DNA of 64,000 bases, from contig CALSBM010000002.1 of assembly GCA_943373175.1 (NCBI GenBank), positions 20,260-84,259 on the forward strand. The letters run 5' to 3'. Every line of letters starts with the position of its first letter. Position 1 is the stretch's first letter. The notes beneath the pieces are model-generated. The model ran no database searches, had not been told where the DNA came from, and saw only the letters and a list, made by a program, of their open reading frames with translations. This document shows positions 35,593-45,772 of this stretch, piece after piece. The stretch is from Chitinophaga pinensis. GTDB taxonomy: Bacteria > Bacteroidota > Bacteroidia > UBA7662 > JAIXUI01. A program made the position numbers and the translations under genes.

Positions 35593-36291
35593 TTAACCAC
35601 GCGGTTTTAAAGGACGTATTTCGATATCTACTGGTAAATAATTGGTAGAAGTCTTAATCATCCAATCAAGCATTTGTCCTACTTCTACAGGATTCATCAT
35701 ATTAGGATGTGCGGTAATGGATTCGACCCGGTCGAAAAATGCTGTATTTACTGAACCGGGATAAACGCAACTCACTTTAATTCCAAACTCTCTCAGTTCC
35801 TTGTACAATGCGCTTGAGATTCCCGAAACAGCAAATTTAGTTGCGCTGTAGCCACTTCCCTGAACAACTCCATCTTTCCCAGCAATGGAAGCAATGTTGA
35901 TGATATGTCCCGCTCCTTGAGCTTTCATTACCGGGACTAGGCAACGTATGGCGTACATCAATCCATGTACGTTCACATCAAACATTTCATGCCATTGCTC
36001 GATTGGTAGCTCTTCAACCCTACCAAACCACCCTAAACCGGCATTATTTATCAACCCATAAATTCTACCGTAAGTCAAGTGCTCCATCGTTAGCTTAAAA
36101 ACCTCTTGAACAGAATGAAAATCAGAAATAGTACAGTTAAAATGTTTAAGCGCTGGATGTTGAAATTCTGGTTCATTTCTGCTCCAACTTACCACTGAAA
36201 AGCCGCTCAATAATAGTGCTTTAGCGGTTTCAAGGCCAATGCCTTTGTTAGCACCGGTAATGACGATGGTGTCGCCTTTTTGTATAGACAT
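35593..36291 (-). CDS. SDR family NAD(P)-dependent oxidoreductase
   Basis: ITGANKGIG, INNAG, YSATK. The probable ATG is at 36291. Confidence 0.92.
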   Translation of the reverse strand: MSIQKGDTIVITGANKGIGLETAKALLLSGFSVVSWSRNEPEFQHPALKHFNCTISDFHSVQEVFKLTMEHLTYGRIYGLINNAGLGWFGRVEELPIEQWHEMFDVNVHGLMYAIRCLVPVMKAQGAGHIINIASIAGKDGVVQGSGYSATKFAVSGISSALYKELREFGIKVSCVYPGSVNTAFFDRVESITAHPNMMNPVEVGQMLDWMIKTSTNYLPVDIEIRPLKPRG

Positions 36292-36377
36292 GGTTAAAAG
36301 CTTGTTAATTATGGAGAAATTGAAAAAAACGTCTCTTTTGAGGCCGTACAAAAATAAAATCTAAACTTCTCTTTCAT

Positions 36378-36385
36378 TAAATTTG
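36378..36385 (+). promoter_or_regulatory. Promoter -7 element (TAAATTTG) for the small secreted protein
   Basis: TAnnTTTG located 18 nt before the ATG at 36404. Confidence 0.55.
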
Positions 36386-36403
36386 TGTTGTAAACTTAAC
36401 AAA

Positions 36404-36649
36404 ATGAAAAAATCACTTTTTGCACTTGCCCTTGCCGGTTTTCTGTTTGCCGGTCTTAACAATGCTAACGCTTGTGATGACAAAAAAGCAGCTTCTACAA
36501 AAGGCGCTAAAAAAGAGTGTAGCTCTTCTGACAAAGCATCTGCAACTGCTGCTAAGAAAGATGGCAAGACTGAAGGATGCGCAGACAGCAAAGAAGCTAA
36601 AAAAGGTGGATGTTGCTCTAAAGACAAAGCCGCTCCAGCTAAAAGCTAA
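36404..36649 (+). CDS. Small secreted Lys/Ala/Cys-rich hypothetical protein (81 aa)
   Basis: Clear signal peptide (MKKSLFALALAGFLFAGLNNANA), with its own promoter-like element and terminator. Confidence 0.8.
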   Translation: MKKSLFALALAGFLFAGLNNANACDDKKAASTKGAKKECSSSDKASATAAKKDGKTEGCADSKEAKKGGCCSKDKAAPAKS

Positions 36650-36670
36650 ATTCCTCTTTCTCCAAGATAT

Positions 36671-36699
36671 GAAAGCCACTTCCGAGTGGCTTTCGTGCT
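36671..36699 (+). terminator. Intrinsic terminator-like hairpin
   Basis: GAAAGCCACT-TCCG-AGTGGCTTTC, a perfect 10-bp stem followed by a T-rich tail. Confidence 0.75.
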
Positions 36700-36744
36700 T
36701 TTATGGCTTATTACAAGTTCATTTTTGGTTACATTTGAGTTCCT

Positions 36745-38115
36745 ATGAAACATGTCAACGCGTATATCGCTGCTAACCAGGATCGATTTCTGGATGAGCT
36801 CTATGCCCTGCTTCGCATCCCTTCTGTAAGCGCAAATCCAGCCTACCGCGACGACGTTTTCCGTTGTGCTGAATTTGTTGCTGAAGCCATGAAAAGTGCT
36901 GGACTTGACGAAGTGGAAATTTGCCCGACGCCAGGCTTTCCTGTTGTGTATGGTGAAAAAATCTTGGATACTTCCCTGCCAACTGTTTTGATTTACGGTC
37001 ATTACGATGTTCAGCCCGCTGAGCCTTTCGAGCTTTGGCACTCACCACCTTTTGAGCCTACTTTGAAAGATGGCAAAATCTACGCTCGTGGAGCAGCCGA
37101 TGACAAAGGGCAATTTTACATGCACGTAAAGGCTGTGGAATTCATGCTTTCTACTCATTCGCTTCCATGCAATGTCAAGATGATGATTGAAGGTGAAGAG
37201 GAAGTTGGCTCTGACAATCTTGGGAACTTCTGCCGTGAAAACAAAGAGAAGCTGAAGGCTGATGTAATTCTGATTTCCGATACCAGCATGGTTGCCAACG
37301 ATGTCCCCTCTATTGATGTTGGACTTCGTGGTCTTTCTTATTTGGAAGTAGAAGTTACCGGCCCAAACCGAGATTTACATTCAGGTGTATATGGAGGTGC
37401 AGTGGCTAATCCCATCAACACATTATGTAAAATGATTGCTTCACTAACCGATGAAAACAATCATATTACCATCCCCGGTTTTTATGATGAAGTTGCAGAC
37501 GTTAGTGTGGACGACCGGAACGCTATGGCGCAGATACCCTTTTCAGAAGTTGACTATAAAACTGATTTGAATATTGCTGATGTTCAGGGAGAAGCTGGTT
37601 TTTCTACCATTGAACGCACTTCTATACGACCTACTCTTGATGTCAACGGAATCTGGGGAGGTTATACCGGAGAAGGTTCCAAGACGGTACTTCCATCCAA
37701 AGCGTTTGCGAAAATCTCCATGCGGTTAGTGCCTAACCAATCTTCTGACGAAATAACAGCAAAGTTCAAAAAGCACTTCGAAGCAATTGCTCCAAAAAGT
37801 GTTCGGGTAGAAGTTCGCCCACACCATGGCGGAGAACCAGTGGTAACCCCAACTGATTCTATTCCGTTCAAAGCTGCCGCCGCAGCCATGGAAACCACCT
37901 TCGGTAAGAAGCCTATTCCAACTCGTGGTGGAGGAAGTATCCCAATTGTAGCCTTGTTTGAAAAAGAGCTCAAATGTAAAACGGTTCTTATGGGCTTTGG
38001 GTTAGATTCGGATGCGTTGCATTCGCCAAACGAACACTACGGCGTTTTTAATTACTTGAAAGGGATTGAGACTATTCCATGGTTCTTTCAGCATTTCAGA
38101 GAAATGAACAAATGA
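36745..38115 (+). CDS. M20 family dipeptidase
   Basis: YGHYDVQP, ARGAADDKG, EGEEEVGS, DLHSG, HSPNE. Confidence 0.93.
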   Translation: MKHVNAYIAANQDRFLDELYALLRIPSVSANPAYRDDVFRCAEFVAEAMKSAGLDEVEICPTPGFPVVYGEKILDTSLPTVLIYGHYDVQPAEPFELWHSPPFEPTLKDGKIYARGAADDKGQFYMHVKAVEFMLSTHSLPCNVKMMIEGEEEVGSDNLGNFCRENKEKLKADVILISDTSMVANDVPSIDVGLRGLSYLEVEVTGPNRDLHSGVYGGAVANPINTLCKMIASLTDENNHITIPGFYDEVADVSVDDRNAMAQIPFSEVDYKTDLNIADVQGEAGFSTIERTSIRPTLDVNGIWGGYTGEGSKTVLPSKAFAKISMRLVPNQSSDEITAKFKKHFEAIAPKSVRVEVRPHHGGEPVVTPTDSIPFKAAAAAMETTFGKKPIPTRGGGSIPIVALFEKELKCKTVLMGFGLDSDALHSPNEHYGVFNYLKGIETIPWFFQHFREMNK

Positions 38116-38129
38116 CAGAATAGCTAATT

Positions 38130-38166
38130 AAAAAAGAGCCGTCCGGAATTCAGACGGCTCTTTTTG
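38130..38166. terminator. Bidirectional intrinsic terminator
   Basis: AAAAAGAGCCGTC...GACGGCTCTTTTT between convergent genes. Confidence 0.85.
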
Positions 38167-38202
38167 TTTAGCAACTTCAACAAAAAACCGTGAGTAAATT
38201 TC

Positions 38203-38237
38203 AAAAAAAAGCCGCTAACAAGAATTTGTAAGCGGCT
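38203..38237 (-). terminator. Intrinsic terminator after rplT
   Basis: Minus strand reads AGCCGCT...AGCGGCT followed by a U run. Confidence 0.75.
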
Positions 38238-38259
38238 AAAGGTTGCAGGTATTGACCGA

Positions 38260-38604
38260 TTAACGAACGGTATTGACTACAGTTTGAAAAGCAACTGGGT
38301 GATTCATGGCGAGGTCAGCGAGGACTTTACGATTGAGTTTCAGTTGTTTCTCATTGATTTTACCCATCAGTTGAGAATAAGAAAGACCTTCTTGACGAGC
38401 ACCTGCGTTGATACGGGCAATCCAAAGAGTACGGAAGTGACGTTTTTTGGTTTTGCGGTCACGGTAAGCGTAAACGCCTGCCTTTTCAACGGCATTTTTG
38501 GCGACCGTGTACACTTTAGAACGTGCTCCCCAATAGCCTTTGGCAAGGCGCATGATTTTTTTTCTGCGACGGCGGGAAGCCACGTGGTTGACGGATCTGG
38601 GCAT
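38260..38604 (-). CDS. rplT: 50S ribosomal protein bL20
   Basis: [16 protein letters not shown]...LWIARINAG...[10 protein letters not shown]. Confidence 0.98.
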   Translation of the reverse strand: MPRSVNHVASRRRRKKIMRLAKGYWGARSKVYTVAKNAVEKAGVYAYRDRKTKKRHFRTLWIARINAGARQEGLSYSQLMGKINEKQLKLNRKVLADLAMNHPVAFQTVVNTVR

Positions 38605-38623
38605 CTTCTAAAAATTTAAGGGT

Positions 38624-38824
38624 TTATTTTCCGATTGCGAGCAAACGTTTAACATTATCTTCCTGCGTGTGGTGAACCATAGCAGTGCGAACGAGGTTGC
38701 GCTTGCGCTTAGTTGATTTTTTAGTCAGGATGTGACTGTGGTAAGCGTGTTTACGCTTGATTTTGCCTGTTCCGGTAAGCGCGAAACGCTTTTTAGCACC
38801 GGAATTGGTTTTCATCTTGGGCAT
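38624..38824 (-). CDS. rpmI: 50S ribosomal protein bL35
   Basis: [14 protein letters not shown]...[14 protein letters not shown]. Confidence 0.98.
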   Translation of the reverse strand: MPKMKTNSGAKKRFALTGTGKIKRKHAYHSHILTKKSTKRKRNLVRTAMVHHTQEDNVKRLLAIGK

Positions 38825-38834
38825 ATCCGTAGAA

Positions 38835-39386
38835 TTACTTGGTTTTCAATGATTTAGGAGAGATGAAGATGTGCATTCGTTTACCTTCGAGCTTAGGCAT
38901 TTGTTCAAGTTTTCCTATTTCTTCAAGTTTTTGTGCAAACTGAAGCAACAGAAGCTCACCACGCTCTTTAAATACGATTGCTCGTCCTCTGAAATGAACG
39001 TATGCTTTAACTTTTGCTCCCTCAGTGAGGAAAGTCTCAGCATGTTTAAGTTTGAAGTTAAAGTCGTGCTCATCGGTATTAGGGCCGAAGCGAATTTCCT
39101 TCACTACAGTTTTTACCGTATTGGCCTTTATTTCCTTTTCCTTCTTACGTTTTTCGTAAAGAAATTTAGAGAAATCGACTATTCTACAGACCGGAGGAAG
39201 TGCTCTGTCGGTAATGGTGACTAAGTCCAGACCTTGTTGGTCGGCCATAGCAATTGCTTTTTCAAGCGAGTAAACACCATTCTCTACATTTTCGCCTACA
39301 AGGCGTACTTCCGTAGCGGTAATCTGCTCGTTTATGGGCAGTTCGTATTCCGGTTTGACCACACGGGCCGGCTGTCTGGGTTTCAA
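38835..39386 (-). CDS. infC: Translation initiation factor IF-3
   Basis: INEQI...EVRLVG...[12 protein letters not shown]...KEIRFGP...[11 protein letters not shown]. The TTG start overlaps the thrS stop. Confidence 0.96.
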   Translation of the reverse strand: MKPRQPARVVKPEYELPINEQITATEVRLVGENVENGVYSLEKAIAMADQQGLDLVTITDRALPPVCRIVDFSKFLYEKRKKEKEIKANTVKTVVKEIRFGPNTDEHDFNFKLKHAETFLTEGAKVKAYVHFRGRAIVFKERGELLLLQFAQKLEEIGKLEQMPKLEGKRMHIFISPKSLKTK

Positions 39387-41323
39387 TTTCTGTTAATTTC
39401 CCTTTCTATTGAGTCGCGAACATACTGAACAAATTCCGAAATGCTCATAGAGCCGAGGTCGCCCTCGCCCTGCTTTCGCACCGATACTCTTCGTTCACTT
39501 TGCTCTTTTTCACCGATTATAAGCATGAGAGGCACTTTTTGAATCTCCGCATCACGAATTTTCCTTCCGATTTTCTCGTCTCGATGGTCAGTGAAGCCGC
39601 GAATATCGTGATTAATAAGCTCTTTTAAAACTTCATCGGCATAATCCCTAAATTTTTCGCTGATTGAAAGAATAGCATATTGTTCAGGAGCGAGCCAAAG
39701 CGGGAATTTTCCAGCGCAATGCTCAATTAAAACTGCAGTAAATCTCTCAAGCGATCCAAAAGGCGCCCGGTGTATCATCACTGGACGGTGCTTCTGGTTA
39801 TCAGCCCCTGTATATTCCAGTTCAAATCGCTCCGGCAGGTTGTAGTCCACTTGAATGGTGCCCAGTTGCCATTTCCTTCCCAGCGCATCCTTGACCATAA
39901 AATCGAGCTTAGGGCCATAAAATGCAGCTTCTCCCAATTCGGTTGTGGTAGTGAGGTTACGCTCAGCTACAGCGTCAATGATTGCCTGCTCGGCTTTCTC
40001 CCAAGCCTCATCAGTACCAATATACTTCTCTTTATTCTCCGGATCTCTAAGCGAAATCTGAGCGGTGAATTCAGTAAAACCCAGTGCATTGAAAACATAA
40101 AGTACGAGGTCTATCACCTTGATAAACTCGTCTTTCACTTGATCAGGGCGGCAAAATAAATGTGCATCGTCTTGGGTAAAACCCCTGACTCGGGTTAGTC
40201 CATGAAGCTCGCCACTCTGTTCATACCGATAGACAGTTCCAAATTCAGCAAACCTTAGTGGCAAATCGCGGTAAGAACGAGGCCTCGTTTTATATATTTC
40301 GCAATGATGCGGGCAGTTCATGGGTTTCAGAAAATACTCTTCGTTCACATCTGGAGTTCGGATGGGTTGGAAAGAGTCTTTGCCATATTTCGCATAGTGC
40401 CCGGAGGTGACATACAACTCCTTGGAACCAATGTGCGGGGTTACTACCGGCAGGTAACCAGCTTTAAGCTGTGCTTTTTGAAGGAAGGCTATCAGACGTT
40501 CCCGCATCATAGCTCCTTTGGGCAACCATAATGGAAGACCCATACCTACTTTTTCTGAAAATGCGAAAAGCTCAAGTTCTTTACCCAACTTACGATGGTC
40601 ACGTTTTTTAGCTTCTTCCAGTAAATAAAGGTATTCCTTGAGTTCTTTTTTATCGGGAAATGTTACAGCGTAAATGCGTGTTAGCTGTTTGTTTTTCTCA
40701 TTGCCCCTCCAATATGCTCCGGCGGTATTGAGCAACTTTACGGCTTTAATGGACGAAGTGTTCGGGATGTGTGGCCCTTTGCATAAATCCACGAACTGCC
40801 CCTGTTGATAAAAGGTTATATCGCCATCCGTCAGGTCCTGAATCAGTTCAATCTTGTAAGGGTCGCCCTTTTCGGTAAAATAACGAAGAGCATCCGCTTT
40901 GCTCACCTCAGTGCGCTCATAAGTGTTACCCTGAGCAGCGAGTTCAATCATTTTAGCCTCGATTTGCTCGAAGTCATCCGATGAAAAGGAATGATCTCCG
41001 AAATCGATATCGTAGTAAAATCCGCGTTCAATGGATGGGCCAATGCCTAATTTTATTCCGGGATAAAGTTCTTCGAGTGCTTCTGCCATTAGGTGAGCCG
41101 AAGAATGCCAGAAGGTTCTTTTGGCTTCTTCTTGCTCCCATGACAGAAGTTCAAGGGTGCAATCCTCTAAGAGTGGGCGGAGTAAATCTCTTACTTCTCC
41201 ATTGACTTTAGCCGCCAGCATTCGACGAGCTAAACCTTCGCTGATGCTCTTGGCAACATCAAGGGAAGAAGTTCCAGCCGGATATTGGCGTTTTGCGCCA
41301 TCGGGAAGGGTAATTGTGATCAT
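39383..41323 (-). CDS. thrS: Threonine--tRNA ligase
   Basis: TGS domain, [41 protein letters not shown]. Confidence 0.98.
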   Translation of the reverse strand: MITITLPDGAKRQYPAGTSSLDVAKSISEGLARRMLAAKVNGEVRDLLRPLLEDCTLELLSWEQEEAKRTFWHSSAHLMAEALEELYPGIKLGIGPSIERGFYYDIDFGDHSFSSDDFEQIEAKMIELAAQGNTYERTEVSKADALRYFTEKGDPYKIELIQDLTDGDITFYQQGQFVDLCKGPHIPNTSSIKAVKLLNTAGAYWRGNEKNKQLTRIYAVTFPDKKELKEYLYLLEEAKKRDHRKLGKELELFAFSEKVGMGLPLWLPKGAMMRERLIAFLQKAQLKAGYLPVVTPHIGSKELYVTSGHYAKYGKDSFQPIRTPDVNEEYFLKPMNCPHHCEIYKTRPRSYRDLPLRFAEFGTVYRYEQSGELHGLTRVRGFTQDDAHLFCRPDQVKDEFIKVIDLVLYVFNALGFTEFTAQISLRDPENKEKYIGTDEAWEKAEQAIIDAVAERNLTTTTELGEAAFYGPKLDFMVKDALGRKWQLGTIQVDYNLPERFELEYTGADNQKHRPVMIHRAPFGSLERFTAVLIEHCAGKFPLWLAPEQYAILSISEKFRDYADEVLKELINHDIRGFTDHRDEKIGRKIRDAEIQKVPLMLIIGEKEQSERRVSVRKQGEGDLGSMSISEFVQYVRDSIEREINRN

Positions 41324-42363
41324 GATTTTATTTCAGAAAGCCTGGCTTTTGCCAGTACATGTTTAGGATCTATTTCGAGTGTTTTTTGAAAGTCAAGTTT
41401 TGCTCTGCTTTTATCCCCTTTAAGTAAAAAGCAATATCCGCGATTAAACAGAGCATCTGCGTATAAATTATTGGCTTCCCAAGAACGGGAAAACCATTGA
41501 ATAGCCTCATCAAGTTGATTTTGTCCTAATGCTATATATCCCAAATTAAACAACGCCAAAGGCTGAGTAGGTTGAAAGCGAATCAGTTCACGGTAAGTGT
41601 CTGCAGCTCGATCCAACTCCCCCTTACTTTGGTACCACATACCAAGGGAGTACCACGCTTCGTCTCGGGTGCTGTCCATTCTTATGGCATTTTGAAAATA
41701 GCGGCTTGCCAGTGTATCCTTTTTCGCCGAATAGTAAAGTCCTAACTGGAGATATGCCTCGTAATACGAAGGGTCGAGTTCGAGGGCAGTTTGAAAACTC
41801 GACATAGATTTAACAGGATTCTTCTGTTCGAGATAAATCATTCCCTTCCAATAATACCCTTCTGCAATAGTTGGATCGAGCTTAAGACCTTGATTGATTG
41901 ATTGAAAAGCTAACTCGTACTTCCGATTATAATACAACCATTCTCCTTTGCGGAGGTGAGCCAATGCAAACTTAGGATTGATCTTAAGTGCTTTATCTAT
42001 AGCATTTTCTGCCTGAACCGGAGCGCCAAGCCGGACATTCAGGGTGTGCAAGGTGGTAAAGTAAGCCGCATTGAGTGTGTCGAAACGAAAAGCTATCTCT
42101 AAATCAGATAGTGCGCGTTTCCACTGACGGACTTTAATTAGCGCAAGCGCGCGGTTATGGTAATTTTCCGGATTCTCCGGGCTTTGATTGATGACCCTAG
42201 TCAGTTCCTTCAACTCATCATTGAGGAAAAGAATGCTATCTCCTGCAAGCGAATCATTAACGCTTACTTCCTTTTGATCTTTAGGCTGGCCGGAATTGCA
42301 TGAGAAAAATCCAACAGCCAGAATGGCAGCAGGTATCCATTTAAAAAGAGAAGTAAACTTCAT
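41320..42363 (-). CDS. Tetratricopeptide-repeat lipoprotein
   Basis: Lipobox-like GFFSC and multiple TPR motifs. The stop overlaps the thrS ATG. Confidence 0.88.
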   Translation of the reverse strand: MKFTSLFKWIPAAILAVGFFSCNSGQPKDQKEVSVNDSLAGDSILFLNDELKELTRVINQSPENPENYHNRALALIKVRQWKRALSDLEIAFRFDTLNAAYFTTLHTLNVRLGAPVQAENAIDKALKINPKFALAHLRKGEWLYYNRKYELAFQSINQGLKLDPTIAEGYYWKGMIYLEQKNPVKSMSSFQTALELDPSYYEAYLQLGLYYSAKKDTLASRYFQNAIRMDSTRDEAWYSLGMWYQSKGELDRAADTYRELIRFQPTQPLALFNLGYIALGQNQLDEAIQWFSRSWEANNLYADALFNRGYCFLLKGDKSRAKLDFQKTLEIDPKHVLAKARLSEIKS

Positions 42364-42370
42364 TAGGCGG

Positions 42371-42378
42371 CAAAATTA
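42371..42378 (-). promoter_or_regulatory. Promoter -7 element (TAATTTTG) for the TPR-thrS-infC-rpmI-rplT unit
   Basis: TAnnTTTG on the minus strand, 7 nt before the ATG. Confidence 0.6.
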
Positions 42379-42497
42379 GGGTGATGAAACCGAGCATAAA
42401 AGCGTGAAGGTTAATAATATGCCGGAAAAACTCTCTCGCCAGACTGTTTCAACACTTTAATTTGATGCAAATGCTCATGTTGGAGCGTGTAGGTTTA

Positions 42498-42505
42498 TAG
42501 ATTTG
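42498..42505 (+). promoter_or_regulatory. Promoter -7 element (TAGATTTG) for the TolB-like gene
   Basis: TAnnTTTG located 5 nt before the ATG at 42511. Confidence 0.55.
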
Positions 42506-42510
42506 TGGCC

Positions 42511-43617
42511 ATGAAAAAACACCTAAGGCTCTTATTGATTCCGATAGCCTTTTACGGATTTGCATTTACAACAGGGCCTATCAATAAAACTTCTACTCCC
42601 GCCACTAACGGATCCGACAGTTTGTTGTATCCAGAAGAAAAGCACTTTAGTAATATCCGCCAATTGACCTCTGGAGGCGACAACGCCGAAGCGTACTGGA
42701 GTTTTGATAGCAGGCATTTAATTTTTCAATCCAACAATAAGCAATGGGGGGTGCAATGTGATCAGATTTTCCTCATCAAGGATGAAACGCCCGCCCCTGC
42801 CGATATTGCTCCTTCTATGCTAAGTAGCGGAAAAGGAAGAACCACTTGTGCGTATTTTTTGCCCGGAAACAAATCTGTTTTGTTTGCTACAACCGAAGCA
42901 GGCGGTGCAGCTTGTCCGCCTGAGCCTCAGCGAAGAGCCGATGGCAAATACCTGTGGCCTATTTATCCAAGCTTTGATATTGTAGTAACCAATTTGAAAG
43001 GCAAAGTTCAAAAAAAATTGACCAACCATCCCGGATACGATGCTGAGGCTACTGTATCGCCGGATGGGAAGAAAATAGTTTTTACTTCTGATCGAAGTGG
43101 AGACCTCGAATTATGGACTATGGACATCAATGGGAAAAATCTTCGTCAGGTGACCAAGGGGCTTGGCTATGATGGAGGTGCTTTCTTCTCGCCTGACTCC
43201 AAAAGACTTGTTTTCAGAGCATCACGGCCTACTTCTGATTCTGAAATCAGTGAGTACAAAGCCTTGCTTAAAGAAGGTTTGGTTGCTCCTACTAGTATGG
43301 AAATCTACACTTGTAACTTAGATGGAAGTAAACTAAAACAGGTAACCCGCTTAGGCAAAGCCAATTGGGCTCCTTTCTTCCATCCGTCAGGGAAGAAAAT
43401 TATTTTTTCATCCAATCATAAGAGTAAGCGTGGATTTCAGTTTAACCTGTTCATGATTAATGAAGACGGAACCGGATTGGAGCAAATTTCGTATGACAAG
43501 GTGTTCGATGCGTTTCCTATGTTTTCTCCTAATGGCAAAAAGCTGGTTTTTTCTTCGAACCGTAATAACAAAGGAACAAGAGATACCAACATTTTTGCAG
43601 TTGACTGGAAAGATTAA
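42511..43617 (+). CDS. TolB-like periplasmic beta-propeller (PD40 repeats)
   Basis: Signal peptide and repeated SPDGKKIVFTS / FSPDSKRLVF / FHPSGKKIIFSS / FSPNGKKLVFSS motifs. Confidence 0.88.
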   Translation: MKKHLRLLLIPIAFYGFAFTTGPINKTSTPATNGSDSLLYPEEKHFSNIRQLTSGGDNAEAYWSFDSRHLIFQSNNKQWGVQCDQIFLIKDETPAPADIAPSMLSSGKGRTTCAYFLPGNKSVLFATTEAGGAACPPEPQRRADGKYLWPIYPSFDIVVTNLKGKVQKKLTNHPGYDAEATVSPDGKKIVFTSDRSGDLELWTMDINGKNLRQVTKGLGYDGGAFFSPDSKRLVFRASRPTSDSEISEYKALLKEGLVAPTSMEIYTCNLDGSKLKQVTRLGKANWAPFFHPSGKKIIFSSNHKSKRGFQFNLFMINEDGTGLEQISYDKVFDAFPMFSPNGKKLVFSSNRNNKGTRDTNIFAVDWKD

Positions 43618-43635
43618 AAAAGGCAAAAGAATAAG

Positions 43636-44367
43636 GTGAGTCGAAATCTGGTGGTAATCCCCACCTACAATGAAAAGGGGAACATCGAAGCAATGCTCAG
43701 GAGGATTTTCGCTCTGGGCCACCACTTTCATATCCTGGTGGTGGATGACAATTCGCCGGATGGCACAGCCGACATTGTGAGAACCCTTCAGCAGGATTTC
43801 CATGGAAAGCTTTTTCTTGAAAGCAGAAGCGGCAAACAAGGCTTAGGGACTGCTTACATACACGGATTCAGGTGGGCACTTGCCCGTTCTTATCAACTTA
43901 TCTACGAAATCGACGCAGATTTCAGCCATAATCCGGACGATCTGCTTAAACTTGAACACACTTGCCTTCGGGAGGATGCAGATATAGCCATTGGTTCGAG
44001 GTATGTAACCGGCGTTAATGTGGTTAATTGGCCTATCTCAAGGGTACTACTCTCCTATTTTGCATCAGTTTATGTACGGTTTATCACCAGGATGCCCATT
44101 ATGGATGCTACTGCCGGTTTTATTTGCTATAAAAGACAGGTGTTAGAAAAAATCCGGTTTGATAAAATTCGGTTTGTAGGCTACGCCTTTCAGATAGAAA
44201 TGAAATACACTGCCTGGAAACATGGATTTGCGCTTAAAGAAGTACCGATAATTTTCACCGACCGTACTGTTGGGGAATCAAAAATGTCGAAAGGCATAGT
44301 AAAAGAAGCTGTTCTCGGAGTAATCTCCATGAGGCTACGCACTATCTTCCGTTCCTATAAAAATTAA
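43636..44367 (+). CDS. Polyprenol monophosphomannose synthase (GT2, Ppm1/Dpm1-like)
   Basis: VIPTYNE, VDDNSPDGT, GLGTAY, DADFSHNP, GSRY, DATAGF, GYAFQIEM. Confidence 0.9.
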   Translation: MSRNLVVIPTYNEKGNIEAMLRRIFALGHHFHILVVDDNSPDGTADIVRTLQQDFHGKLFLESRSGKQGLGTAYIHGFRWALARSYQLIYEIDADFSHNPDDLLKLEHTCLREDADIAIGSRYVTGVNVVNWPISRVLLSYFASVYVRFITRMPIMDATAGFICYKRQVLEKIRFDKIRFVGYAFQIEMKYTAWKHGFALKEVPIIFTDRTVGESKMSKGIVKEAVLGVISMRLRTIFRSYKN

Positions 44368-44368
44368 G

Positions 44369-45331
44369 ATGAAAGAACAACTTTGTTTCGGCGTTGATAT
44401 TGGAGGCACCAATACCTCCATTGGACTTGTTAACCGTATAGGCGATATACTCAACGAGGAAGTTATCCCAACACATCGTGAACAGGATGCTAGTTCCTAC
44501 CTGCCACGATTATTCCGCAAGATGGAGGAGATGGGCAAACGTTATCAAGAAGATTACGAGCTGGCCGGCATAGGGATTGGCGCACCAAACGCCAATTTTT
44601 ACCGAGGAACCGTTGAAAACCCTCCTAATTTGAACTGGGGAAAGGTCGTAGAAGTTAGAAAAATCGTTGGTGAACATTTCGGTATTCCCTGCGCCTTAAC
44701 GAACGATGCAAATGCAGCAGCTATTGGAGAAATGACGTTTGGCGCCGCTCAAGGCATGAAGGATTTCATCGTGGTCACCTTGGGTACCGGCTTAGGTAGT
44801 GGAATTGTAGTTAATGGACAATTGGTTTATGGCCACGATGGTTTTGCTGGTGAGTTAGGGCATACCATAGTGAATGTAAACGGGCGGCATTGTGGTTGTG
44901 GCAATAAAGGATGTTTGGAAACTTATGTTTCTGCGACAGGCATCAAACGAACCATTTTCAAACTTTTGGCTGATTATACTTCAGACAGCGAATTGCGAAA
45001 TGTGAGTTTCGAAGAACTTGATGCAAAAATGATTACAGAAGCTGCAATCAGAGGAGATAAAATCGCTCTTGAAGCATTTGAATATACTGGGAGAATTTTG
45101 GGTATGAAGCTGGCAGAAGCTATAGCCATTACCAGCCCTGAAGCTATTTTCCTCTTTGGAGGCTTAGCGAATGCAAGGGATTTGCTTTTCCAACCTACTT
45201 TGCTTCACATGGAAAAATTTCTACTTCCCATTTTTAAGAATAAAGTCAAGCTTCAAATTTCAGGATTGCAGGATAAAAATGCTGCAGTGCTCGGTGCTTC
45301 TGCTTTAATTTGGAACGATCTAATTCGTTAA
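44369..45331 (+). CDS. ROK family sugar kinase (glucokinase-like)
   Basis: GVDIGGT, NDANAAA, TLGTGLGSG, GELGH, CGCGNKGCLE. Confidence 0.93.
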   Translation: MKEQLCFGVDIGGTNTSIGLVNRIGDILNEEVIPTHREQDASSYLPRLFRKMEEMGKRYQEDYELAGIGIGAPNANFYRGTVENPPNLNWGKVVEVRKIVGEHFGIPCALTNDANAAAIGEMTFGAAQGMKDFIVVTLGTGLGSGIVVNGQLVYGHDGFAGELGHTIVNVNGRHCGCGNKGCLETYVSATGIKRTIFKLLADYTSDSELRNVSFEELDAKMITEAAIRGDKIALEAFEYTGRILGMKLAEAIAITSPEAIFLFGGLANARDLLFQPTLLHMEKFLLPIFKNKVKLQISGLQDKNAAVLGASALIWNDLIR

Positions 45332-45379
45332 CGAATTCCTAATTAAAAGAATATCAACTGGTTACTGCCTTTGTTTTTC

Positions 45380-45387
45380 TACCTTTG
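45380..45387 (+). promoter_or_regulatory. Promoter -7 element (TACCTTTG) abutting the start of the HYC/CC/PP ORF
   Basis: TAnnTTTG(C) lies 1 nt before an ATG and 4 nt before an in-frame GTG. Confidence 0.6.
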
Positions 45388-45388
45388 C

Positions 45389-45772
45389 ATGGTGAAAAAG
45401 TTAGTCCGTCTGGTTTTAGTAATGGCGTATCTGCTTGCGGTAAGCGGAGTAAGCATTGTGCGCCATTACTGTGCCGACGAGCTGGCTTCAATAAGTCTGA
45501 ATTCTGATTCAGGCTGTGGCAGTTGTTCTGATACTGAGGATGATTGTTGTAGCACAGAGGTAACTCAATCTGAGGTTAATCACGACCACTCTCCGGCTAC
45601 TTCCGTTTGTTTCAGTCCTTGGTTTCAAGTATTGAAATCAGTACTTCCACCCTCCTACTCGCTTTGGTTAGTTCAAAAAGCTGAACGAGTTACACACTTT
45701 TGGGAGCGAGGTCCTCCCTTATATAAGAACCTCCATCATTTCCTTTCTTGGGTCGCTAACTGGAGAAATTAG
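45389..45772 (+). CDS. HYC_CC_PP-type small membrane/secreted protein with C-terminal RGPP motif
   Basis: Hydrophobic N-terminus, then RHYC, CGSC, DDCC, HDH and ERGPP. The start is ATG 45389 or GTG 45392. Confidence 0.75.
   Translation: MVKKLVRLVLVMAYLLAVSGVSIVRHYCADELASISLNSDSGCGSCSDTEDDCCSTEVTQSEVNHDHSPATSVCFSPWFQVLKSVLPPSYSLWLVQKAERVTHFWERGPPLYKNLHHFLSWVANWRN

Noticed and set aside
42511-43617. Tol-Pal system
   Set aside because: The propeller lacks the TolB N-terminal domain, and no pal, tolA or tolQR gene is adjacent.
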